NCBI GenBank assembly: GCA_964550525.1
Contig: CAZJZJ010000003.1
Coordinates: 1 to 60,442, forward strand
Direction: 5' to 3'
Origin: an uncultured Methanosarcinales archaeon
Lineage (GTDB): Archaea; Nanobdellota; Nanobdellia; Woesearchaeales; JANQNQ01
Length of the DNA stretch: 60,442 nt
Shown: positions 44,176 to 52,571 of the stretch, in pieces
Layout: each line of letters begins with the position of its first letter
Numbering within the stretch: the first letter of the stretch is position 1
Position numbers and translations under genes: made by a program
Notes under the pieces: model-generated
Told to the model about the DNA's origin: nothing
The model's database searches: none
What the model saw: the letters and a program-made list of their open reading frames with translations, nothing else

Positions 44176-44176
44176 A

Positions 44177-46144
44177 TTATTGTCTCCCTTGTTTTAAGTC
44201 ATCAATAACTGAAGGATCTGCTAGTGTAGTTACATTACCTACATCTTCTTTGCCAGCTGCAATTGCCTTTAAGATACGCCTCATGATCTTACCAGAACGT
44301 GTTTTTGGCAATGAATCTGCAAATTGAACCTTGTCAGGCTTAGCAATCGGACCAATCTCTTGGCCTACATGCAACCTAAGCTCTTTTCTTAATTCCCCTG
44401 TCTTCTCTACACCTTTGTTTAGTGTTACAAATGCGTACAATGCTTGGCCTTTTATCTCATGAGGCATAGGCACTACAGCTGCTTCTGCTACATCCTTATG
44501 GCTTACTAATGCACTTTCAACCTCTGCTGTTCCAATCCTATGGCCAGATACATTGATAACATCATCAATCCTCCCCATTAACCAGAAATCACCATCTTCA
44601 TCTTTCCTTGCACCATCACCTGCAAAATACATACCACTAAATCTTGACCAATATGTATCTACAAACCTTTGGTGATCTCCATAAACAGTTCTCATCAATC
44701 CAGGCCAAGGTTTCTTGATCACAAGATAACCACCCTCATTAACATCTGCTTCAGAACCATCTTCTCTAAGGATTACTGGCTCTATACCAAAGAAAGGTCT
44801 ACTGGCTGAAGCTGGTTTAAGAGTAATTGCGCCTGGTAAAGGTGTAATCAAGATACCACCTGTTTCTGTCTGCCACCAAGTATCAACAATTGGGCAGTTA
44901 CCTTTACCAATATTATTATAATACCACATCCATGCTTCTGGGTTTATTGGTTCGCCTACTGTGCCAAGCAGTTTTAGACTGCTTAGATCATGTTTCTCAA
45001 TTGGCTCTGTACCGAATCTTGCTACTGCCCTGATTGCAGTTGGTGCAGTATAAAAAATGTTGACTTTAAATTTCTCTACAACCTGCCAGAAACGACCATT
45101 ATCAGGGTAAGTAGGCACACCTTCAAACATTAAAGAGGTTGCTCCATTTGCAAGCGGCCCATAAATAATGTAACTATGCCCTGTAATCCAACCAATATCA
45201 GCAGTACACCAATAGATATCTTCTTCGTGGTAATCAAATATCCATTTAAATGTTTGAGTTACATAAGTTAAGTAGCCTCCTGTTGTATGTAGTACACCTT
45301 TTGGTTTACCTGTTGTACCAGAGGTGTATAAGATAAATAAAGGATCTTCTGCATCCATTTGTTCTGCTTCACATTCATCACTAATGTCTTCTGCGTTAAC
45401 CTCATCATCCCAATAGAAATCTCTATCTTGTTTCATTTCAATATCCAGATTAGCTCTTTTAGCTACTATTACTGATTCAATGCAATCGCAACCTTTCAAA
45501 GCTTCGTCTGCTGTTGCCTTTAATGGGATTGTTTTGCCTGCTCTCAAACCGCCGTCTGCAGTAATAAGTATCTTACAGGTTGAGTCAAGGATTCTGTCTT
45601 TTAAAGATTCTGCACTAAAACCACCAAACACAACACTATGCATCGCACCAATACGTGCACATGCTAACAATGCAACAGCTAACTCAGGTATCATTGGCAT
45701 ATACATACAGACTCTATCGCCTTTTTTTACTCCTTTTTTCTTAAGAACATTAGCAAACCTACATACACGCTTATGCAGTTCTTTATAGGTTATCTTTTGT
45801 ACATCTTCATCTGGCTCACCTTGCCAGATAATAGCAACTTTATCGCCACGTTTCTCAATGTTTCTATCCAAACAATTATAGCACACATTGGTTTTACCGC
45901 CAGCAAACCATGTGAAATTTACTTTTTTTTTATCCCAGGTAAAAACAGTATCCCATGGCTTGAACCAATGCAATTGTTTAGCTTTCTCAGCCCAGAACTT
46001 TTCAGGATCTTCAATTGACTCTTGATAGAGTTTTTTGTATTCATCCTCTGATTTGATATATGCTTTCTCGCTAAAGCTTTTTGGGGGTAGAATCTTACGG
46101 CCCTCATGCATCATAGATGTTATAGATTTTTCTTCTTCTGACAT
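44177..46144 (-). CDS. acs: Acetyl-CoA synthetase (AMP-forming)
   Basis: YTSGTTGKPKG, WWQTETGG, GRIDDVINVSGHRIGT, SLPKTRSGKIMRR. Confidence 0.95.
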   Translation of the reverse strand: MSEEEKSITSMMHEGRKILPPKSFSEKAYIKSEDEYKKLYQESIEDPEKFWAEKAKQLHWFKPWDTVFTWDKKKVNFTWFAGGKTNVCYNCLDRNIEKRGDKVAIIWQGEPDEDVQKITYKELHKRVCRFANVLKKKGVKKGDRVCMYMPMIPELAVALLACARIGAMHSVVFGGFSAESLKDRILDSTCKILITADGGLRAGKTIPLKATADEALKGCDCIESVIVAKRANLDIEMKQDRDFYWDDEVNAEDISDECEAEQMDAEDPLFILYTSGTTGKPKGVLHTTGGYLTYVTQTFKWIFDYHEEDIYWCTADIGWITGHSYIIYGPLANGATSLMFEGVPTYPDNGRFWQVVEKFKVNIFYTAPTAIRAVARFGTEPIEKHDLSSLKLLGTVGEPINPEAWMWYYNNIGKGNCPIVDTWWQTETGGILITPLPGAITLKPASASRPFFGIEPVILREDGSEADVNEGGYLVIKKPWPGLMRTVYGDHQRFVDTYWSRFSGMYFAGDGARKDEDGDFWLMGRIDDVINVSGHRIGTAEVESALVSHKDVAEAAVVPMPHEIKGQALYAFVTLNKGVEKTGELRKELRLHVGQEIGPIAKPDKVQFADSLPKTRSGKIMRRILKAIAAGKEDVGNVTTLADPSVIDDLKQGRQ

Positions 46145-46182
46145 TCTGTATTCTCCTCCGTAAAATTTTTGTTTAATTTTAT

Positions 46183-48159
46183 TTAAATAAATAAAGGTAA
46201 AAAGATTAGAGCTACTATTGACATAAGCTTGATTAGTATGTTTAGAGATGGACCGCTTGTATCCTTCATCGGATCTCCAACAGTATCTCCTACTACTGCT
46301 GCTTTATGCGCATTAGACCCTTTACCACCGAAGTTGCCTTCTTCAATATGCTTCTTTGCATTATCCCATGCTCCGCCACTATTAGCCATGAATACTGCCA
46401 TTAAAAATCCTGTAACAATTGTACCTGCTAAAAGCCCACCTAGAGCCTGTAAATCCCATAACCCAACAATTATAGGTGATACTACTGCTAATAGGCTTGG
46501 AAAGATCATTTGTTTCAAGGCTGCCCCTGTTGTGATGTCAATACACTTATTATAATCTGGTTTAGCTTTACCACTCATCAGCCCTTTAATGGTTTTGAAT
46601 TGTCTTCTAACTTCACTAACAATGCCTTCTGCTGCTTTACCAACTGCACGCATAGTTAAAGCTGAAAATAAGAAAGGCATCATAGCACCCAAAAACAAGC
46701 CAACCATTACGTAAGGATTTGTAATATCGATGACAAGTCTAGCACCTGTGGTCTGTGCAACTATCTGGGTATAGCTAGCAAACAATGCAAGTGCTGTCAA
46801 AGCAGCTGAACCAATTGCAAAGCCCTTACCTATTGCAGCTGTTGTATTACCAACTGCGTCAAGTGCTTCTGCTCTTTTTCTTACGTCCTTACCCATACTT
46901 GCCATCTCAGCTATACCTGCAGCATTATCTGCTACAGGACCATAAGTATCAGTTGCAAGAGTTATACCTAAAGTAGATAACATACCTACAGCTGCGATTG
47001 CTATACCATATAGATTTCCAAAATGATAGGCAAGAAGTATAGCTGCGCATACTGCAATTACAGGTATGACTGTTGAGTGCATACCTACTGCAAGACCTTC
47101 TATAAGGTTTGTACCTGCACCTGTTTTCGCTGCTTGTGCAATAGACCTAGCAGGTTTCTTGTGTGAAGAGGTATAGTATTCAGTTGAAACACCTATCACA
47201 ATCCCGGCTGCTAAACCAACCAGAGTTGCATAATATAGTTGGATGTTTCCTATAAGATACTTTATCAGGAAATAAGATGCTATTGCCATGATTATGGCAG
47301 AGACATAAATACCTTTGTCAAGTGCTTTAGAAGGGTTTGTCCCTTTTGATGTTCGTACAAAGAAAGCACCGATGATTGAAGACGCAATACCTAATGCTGC
47401 AATTGCCATTGGCAACATAACGCCTTTAGACGCAAAAGCTACAAGACCAAGTACCATTGCTGCAATAATACTATCTACATAACTTTCAAACAAATCTGCA
47501 CCCATGCCTGCTACATCACCTACATTATCGCCTACATTATCAGCAATAACTGCAGGGTTGCGTGGGTCGTCTTCTGGAATACCTTTTTCAACCTTTCCTA
47601 CAAGGTCAGCACCAACATCTGCTGCTTTTGTATAAATACCGCCGCCAACTCTTGCAAATAAAGCAATAGAAGATGCACCAAAACCAAAACCATAAAGTTG
47701 TTCAGGTGTAAACCCAAAAATAAAATGAAGAAGCGTAACACCAAGCAGACCAAGACCAACTACACATAACCCCATTACTGCTCCGGATGAGAACGCTATG
47801 CTTAATCCATCGTTTAAGGATTTTTTTGCTGCAAAAGCTGTTTTTGTATTAGCTTTTGTAGCTACCCTCATACCAATATTACCTGTTAGGGCTGAGAATA
47901 TAGCGCCGATTATAAATGCGATTGCAATCTTTGGTTCTATAAAAAACCATAATACCAAAGTAACAACAACAATAAATATGATTAGAATTTTATATTCTTT
48001 GTTAAGGAATGTCATAGCACCATTATATATTGCCTCAGAGATCTCTTTCATCTTGTCTGTGCCGCTGCTTTTCTTTGAGATTAATATATATCTAACCAAA
48101 GCAAATACTAAAGCTATAACTGCTACAAGTAAAACATAGTTATAAGATATTGTTGCCAT
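46183..48159 (-). CDS. hppA: Membrane-bound ion-translocating pyrophosphatase
   Basis: DNVGDNVGD, GGAWDNAKK, AAVVGDTVGDP; about 16 TM helices. Confidence 0.95.
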   Translation of the reverse strand: MATISYNYVLLVAVIALVFALVRYILISKKSSGTDKMKEISEAIYNGAMTFLNKEYKILIIFIVVVTLVLWFFIEPKIAIAFIIGAIFSALTGNIGMRVATKANTKTAFAAKKSLNDGLSIAFSSGAVMGLCVVGLGLLGVTLLHFIFGFTPEQLYGFGFGASSIALFARVGGGIYTKAADVGADLVGKVEKGIPEDDPRNPAVIADNVGDNVGDVAGMGADLFESYVDSIIAAMVLGLVAFASKGVMLPMAIAALGIASSIIGAFFVRTSKGTNPSKALDKGIYVSAIIMAIASYFLIKYLIGNIQLYYATLVGLAAGIVIGVSTEYYTSSHKKPARSIAQAAKTGAGTNLIEGLAVGMHSTVIPVIAVCAAILLAYHFGNLYGIAIAAVGMLSTLGITLATDTYGPVADNAAGIAEMASMGKDVRKRAEALDAVGNTTAAIGKGFAIGSAALTALALFASYTQIVAQTTGARLVIDITNPYVMVGLFLGAMMPFLFSALTMRAVGKAAEGIVSEVRRQFKTIKGLMSGKAKPDYNKCIDITTGAALKQMIFPSLLAVVSPIIVGLWDLQALGGLLAGTIVTGFLMAVFMANSGGAWDNAKKHIEEGNFGGKGSNAHKAAVVGDTVGDPMKDTSGPSLNILIKLMSIVALIFLPLFI

Positions 48160-48215
48160 TTAAAAAACCCCCTAATTTATTTTTAAATTGTTTAGGCTGA
48201 AAGGTGAGTATATGA

Positions 48216-48227
48216 TATATAAAGTTT
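48216..48227 (-). promoter_or_regulatory. BRE/TATA promoter of the hppA-acs operon
   Basis: Minus strand AAACTTTATATA. About a 30-nt leader carrying SD AGGGGG. Confidence 0.55.
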
Positions 48228-48259
48228 GTGTTTAAAGGAGGAGAAAAAGCCATATAGGT

Positions 48260-48271
48260 AAACTTTTTAAA
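48260..48271 (+). promoter_or_regulatory. BRE/TATA promoter of pta
   Basis: AAACTTTTTAAA, 22 nt to ATG 48294. Confidence 0.6.
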
Positions 48272-48293
48272 GGCTTATTCTAATAATTAGTGC

Positions 48294-49277
48294 ATGCGTA
48301 AACTAATGCGAGATATTGAAAAAAGAGCAAGAAAAAATCCCAAAAAAGTGGTGTTCCCTGAAGGGACTGAGGATAGGATTCTCAAGGCAGTCAAAATCAT
48401 TCTTAGAAAGAGGTTAGCTAGAGTAATCTTGATTGGGGACGAAGAACTAATTAAGAATAAAGCTAATAAATTCAGACTAAATCTAAAGAAGGTTGAGATT
48501 ATAGATCATCTTAAGTCTAAGAAACTTGATACCTATGCAAAAAAGTTGTATAAACTAAGAAAACATAAAGGGATTACGCTTTCTGATGCAAGAAAACTGG
48601 TTAGAGATAACATGTATTTTAGTACCATGATGGTTAAACTTGGTCATGCTGCTGGCTTAGTTGCTGGTGCAACACATAGTACTGCAACAACTGTCAGGCC
48701 TGCTTTACAGATTATTAAAACAAAAAAAAGATTTGAGAGGGTAAGTGCAGTATTTTTTATGTTCTTGAAAAAAAGATTATTGTTTTTTGCAGACGCTGCA
48801 ATCACTATTTGCCCTAATGCAAAAGAATTGGCTGAGATTGCGATTGATACAGCTGAAACAGCTAAAAGTTTTGGAATAGAACCAAAGATTGCTCTGTTAT
48901 CTTTCTCAACACATGGTTCTGCTAAACATGCTTCAGCTGAAAAAGTTAGAAAAGCAACAAAGATTGTAAGACAAAAAAGGCCTGACTTAATAGTAGATGG
49001 AGAGATTCAAGTAGATGCAGCTATTGATTATAAAGTATGCCAAGTTAAATGCCCAGATTCAGTGTTAAAAGGGGAAGCTAATGTTTTAATCTTTCCAGAT
49101 CTTCAATGCAGCAACATAAGTTATAAACTTGTTCAAAGATTAGGTCATGCCAAAGCAGTTGGACCTGTTCTGCAAGGATTAAAAAAACCAGTAAATGACC
49201 TAAGCAGAGGATGTAATGTAGAAGAGATAGTTGAACTTACAGCAGTAACTGTTGTTGAAGCGCAGAGGAAGAAATAA
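48294..49277 (+). CDS. pta: Phosphate acetyltransferase (short PTA_PTB form)
   Basis: VFPEGTEDRIL, LRKHKGITL, GATHSTATTVRPALQ, FPDLQCSNISYKLVQRL, NDLSRGC; close to the methanogen Pta pattern. Confidence 0.85.
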   Translation: MRKLMRDIEKRARKNPKKVVFPEGTEDRILKAVKIILRKRLARVILIGDEELIKNKANKFRLNLKKVEIIDHLKSKKLDTYAKKLYKLRKHKGITLSDARKLVRDNMYFSTMMVKLGHAAGLVAGATHSTATTVRPALQIIKTKKRFERVSAVFFMFLKKRLLFFADAAITICPNAKELAEIAIDTAETAKSFGIEPKIALLSFSTHGSAKHASAEKVRKATKIVRQKRPDLIVDGEIQVDAAIDYKVCQVKCPDSVLKGEANVLIFPDLQCSNISYKLVQRLGHAKAVGPVLQGLKKPVNDLSRGCNVEEIVELTAVTVVEAQRKK

Positions 49278-49290
49278 AAGGAAAAAATAA

Positions 49291-50709
49291 TCAATACCTA
49301 TAATGTTCTGCCTTAAACGGCCCGTTTTGCCCAATTCCAATGTAATCTGCTTGTTCTTTAGAGAGTTTTGTAAGTTTAGCACCAAGGTGTGCTAGATGCA
49401 GCCTAGCTACTTCTTCGTCAAGCTCTTTAGGTAGCATATAGACTCCAATTTCATGGTCTTTTTTCCATAATTCTATCTGAGCCAACACCTGGTTAGTGAA
49501 AGAATTGCTCATTACAAAACTTGGATGACCTGTTGCGCAACCTAGATTAACAAGCCTACCTTCAGCTAGAATATAGATACTATGACCATCAGGGAAAGTA
49601 TACCTGTGTACAGGGCAGAAACTCCCTTTAATCTCTTGTTTCTTGATTCCAGACCAATTCTCAAGTTCAGCCATCTGGATCTCGTTATCAAAATGCCCTA
49701 TATTACATACTATTGCCTGATCCTTCATCTTACTCATATGTCTTGCTGTGATTACGTCTTTGTTACCGGTAGCTGTTACATAGATATCTGCTTCAGGCAA
49801 TGCATCCTCAACAGTACAAACTTTGTAACCTGCCATACATGCTTGTAAAGCGCAGATCGGATCTATCTCACTTACCATAACCTTTGCTTTCTCGTTTTTT
49901 AGAGATTCTGAACTACCTTTACCAACATCACCATAACCACAGACCATAACTGTTTTCCCAGAAATCAAGACATCCATTGCTCTTTTGATACCATCACTTA
50001 AACTATGTCTACAACCATAGATGTTGTCAAATTTAGATTTAGTAACAGAATCATTTACATTTATTGCAGGGAATAAAAGCTTATTCTCTTCTAACATCTG
50101 ATAAAGTCTATGTACACCTGTAGTAGTTTCTTCACTAACACCTTTAACTTCTTTAGCAACCTTCTGCCAACGGTCTTTGTTTTTATTGTAATTTGCTTTT
50201 AGATTAGCCATTAATTCTCTGAAATCCTCTCCTTCTTTAGAATAGTCTATTTTAAGAAGAGAAGGATCTTTTTCTATTTCAACCCCTTTATGAATCATCA
50301 TGGTAGCGTCTCCACCATCATCTACGATTAATGTAGGACCCTTACCATTAAAATCTAATGCTCTTTCAGTGCACCACCAGTAATCCTTTAACGTCTCACC
50401 TTTCCATGCAAACACAGGTACACCTGATTTTGCTATAGCAGCTGCTGCATGATCCTGTGTAGAAAAGATATTACAACTTGCCCATCTTACTTCTGCACCA
50501 AGCTCTACAAGGGTTTCAATTAGGACTGCAGTCTGGATAGTCATGTGCAAACTACCCATAACCCTTGCACCTTTCAGTGGTTTTTTTGGTCCGTACTTTT
50601 TCCTTGTAGCCATCAAACCAGGCATTTCCTTTTCAGCAATCTCGATCTCTTTTCTACCGAAATCTGCAAGTTTAATATCCTTAACTTTATAATTCTTAGT
50701 TTCATCCAT
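49291..50709 (-). CDS. ahcY: Adenosylhomocysteinase
   Basis: [48 protein letters not shown]. Confidence 0.95.
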   Translation of the reverse strand: MDETKNYKVKDIKLADFGRKEIEIAEKEMPGLMATRKKYGPKKPLKGARVMGSLHMTIQTAVLIETLVELGAEVRWASCNIFSTQDHAAAAIAKSGVPVFAWKGETLKDYWWCTERALDFNGKGPTLIVDDGGDATMMIHKGVEIEKDPSLLKIDYSKEGEDFRELMANLKANYNKNKDRWQKVAKEVKGVSEETTTGVHRLYQMLEENKLLFPAINVNDSVTKSKFDNIYGCRHSLSDGIKRAMDVLISGKTVMVCGYGDVGKGSSESLKNEKAKVMVSEIDPICALQACMAGYKVCTVEDALPEADIYVTATGNKDVITARHMSKMKDQAIVCNIGHFDNEIQMAELENWSGIKKQEIKGSFCPVHRYTFPDGHSIYILAEGRLVNLGCATGHPSFVMSNSFTNQVLAQIELWKKDHEIGVYMLPKELDEEVARLHLAHLGAKLTKLSKEQADYIGIGQNGPFKAEHYRY

Positions 50710-50756
50710 TTAAATCACCTTTTTTAGTATAAGATTTGTTTCAAAAACAAAGTAGG

Positions 50757-50768
50757 CTTTAAAAGTTT
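50757..50768 (-). promoter_or_regulatory. BRE/TATA promoter of ahcY
   Basis: Minus strand AAACTTTTAAAG. The leader carries SD AAGGTGAT. Confidence 0.55.
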
Positions 50769-51504
50769 ATTCTTTTTTCAGATAGGAATCATAATAATCT
50801 AGGTGGCTCATGAATTTTATGTTTCTGGACTTAAACCAGACAATTGTCTTATCAAGCTCATCTAGGTATGCTGAAACACGATGCGGGTGTAACTGAATAC
50901 TTACTACCTTTGCTTTTTTTGTTTTTATTGTCAAAAAGAAAAATTTTGATGGCAGTTTAAGGTTATGTGTAAATACTACATCTGATAAAGGAACAAAACA
51001 AAAGGATGAGGATTTTATCTCAGCGATTGTAGGTTCAGGATATGTAGGTAGGTTTTCAATGATAGATGCATCATAAGTAAAACCAGACTCTTTAAGCAAC
51101 TGGAATGTTTCTTGGTCTATTTTGTTGTAAGGTGCTCTAAAGCCTTTAGTCCCTATAAGTAGACATGGCCTAAGCTGCATCTTTTTTTCATCTAAATCTA
51201 TTGTTAAAAAATCCGGGTGTGTATAGGAATGACAAGCTACTTCGTGTTTTTGTTTGATTTTCTCATACAATAAGTAGTTCTGGTTTACAAAGTCTCCAGT
51301 TACAAAAAAGGTTGCAGATATATTGTGTTTATCAAGCAATTCTAGCACAGAGTTAACATCCTGTGGTGAATCTACTGGTTCTGTATCAAAACTAAGCAGA
51401 ATGATCTCAGGTACAGGTTTAAGAGAGTAGCCTATAACAAACACAATTAAACAAAGTAGAAACAAAGTAAACAGTACTCTTTTAATTCTCAGTTTTCTTC
51501 TCAT
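50767..51504 (-). CDS. Membrane-anchored polysaccharide deacetylase (NodB-like)
   Basis: N-terminal TM helix, SFDTEP, ATFFVTG, CHSYTHP. Confidence 0.7.
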   Translation of the reverse strand: MRRKLRIKRVLFTLFLLCLIVFVIGYSLKPVPEIILLSFDTEPVDSPQDVNSVLELLDKHNISATFFVTGDFVNQNYLLYEKIKQKHEVACHSYTHPDFLTIDLDEKKMQLRPCLLIGTKGFRAPYNKIDQETFQLLKESGFTYDASIIENLPTYPEPTIAEIKSSSFCFVPLSDVVFTHNLKLPSKFFFLTIKTKKAKVVSIQLHPHRVSAYLDELDKTIVWFKSRNIKFMSHLDYYDSYLKKE

Positions 51505-52504
51505 TATCAGAGTCTTCCAGTTCCTTTTTTAGGCGTTTTACTTCCTCTTCAGGATTAATATCTGTAAACACGAGCCTTGTTACGAATTCCATCCTATCAA
51601 ACATAGTGTTTTTAGAGGATTTTCCAACAACTTTAACAGTTTCGCCTAACATCTCGTTTTTTATTGAAGCAAAGTTCTGTGGGTTTAGTCTGTAATCTCG
51701 CATCTGCTCTGTGGTTTTTTTCAATAATCTTTCTGCTTGGTTTCTAAAACACACCAGCCTAATAGTATCTGTACCATCATCAAGAACTGCGTTTAGTACA
51801 TAAGAGTAATCTGGGGTAACTGCATTATGTTCTGCACAAACAAAGCTTCCATCCTGCTGTTTAGCTCTTTTATTACAAAGAGGGCATACTTCAAAAAACC
51901 TAGGTTCGAATAGCTGAACAATTACACCTAAAAGTTCTATATCTGTTTCGTTTTCACCTAAATCAGCTATCCTTTTCCTTGTTGTGCTATATTGTTTAAC
52001 TTCGGTTATTGCTTCCCCTTCTGGATTGATAATAAATTTACTCCTATCGTTAAGATGGACTTCTTTTCTTCCATTATTATCTCTAACATAAGCGTTTGCT
52101 ATCTTCACTATATCTCCTTCTTTAAGATTTTCTAGATTTTTAGTCTGGTCGTTCCACAATACAAGCCTAATTGTACCTGTCTCATCTCCAATCACAATAG
52201 AACCAACCTTACCTTGGCGTCCATTAACAGCGAACTCTCTCACATCAAACTTCCTCTGCACTTTACCAACTGTTTCTACATTACGCATACCTGCCAATAG
52301 ATTAGTAATCTTAAGCTTACCAAGCATATTCTCATACAGGTCTACACCTAACTCATTCGCTACAATATGCGCTGCACCTTCTTTAGAGATAAGCCCAGAT
52401 AATTGTTCCATTTTTTGTTCTATTTTAGTATCAAGTTCAGAATCAGAGATTTTTGCTGTTTTTAGAATCTTCTGCCTAATTGTGCTTAAAGGAATCTTAA
52501 TCAT
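51482..52504 (-). CDS. rpa: Replication protein A-like ssDNA-binding protein (OB folds plus Zn ribbon)
   Basis: OB-fold segments (VGKVQRKFDVREF..., GDIVKIANAYV) and CPLCNKR...CAEH ribbon. Confidence 0.75.
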   Translation of the reverse strand: MIKIPLSTIRQKILKTAKISDSELDTKIEQKMEQLSGLISKEGAAHIVANELGVDLYENMLGKLKITNLLAGMRNVETVGKVQRKFDVREFAVNGRQGKVGSIVIGDETGTIRLVLWNDQTKNLENLKEGDIVKIANAYVRDNNGRKEVHLNDRSKFIINPEGEAITEVKQYSTTRKRIADLGENETDIELLGVIVQLFEPRFFEVCPLCNKRAKQQDGSFVCAEHNAVTPDYSYVLNAVLDDGTDTIRLVCFRNQAERLLKKTTEQMRDYRLNPQNFASIKNEMLGETVKVVGKSSKNTMFDRMEFVTRLVFTDINPEEEVKRLKKELEDSDNEKKTEN

Positions 52505-52571
52505 AAAAGATCACACCCCAGGCAACTGGATTGATTGAATGATTTATATATTTTACTAATAGAGAATTTTT

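Noticed and set aside
43891-44208. 105-aa plus-strand ORF spanning the trmB start, the leader and the acs stop
   Set aside because: It overlaps two well-supported minus-strand genes and the repeat-rich leader, with no start signals. The minus-strand promoter, mini-ORF and repeats explain the region better.
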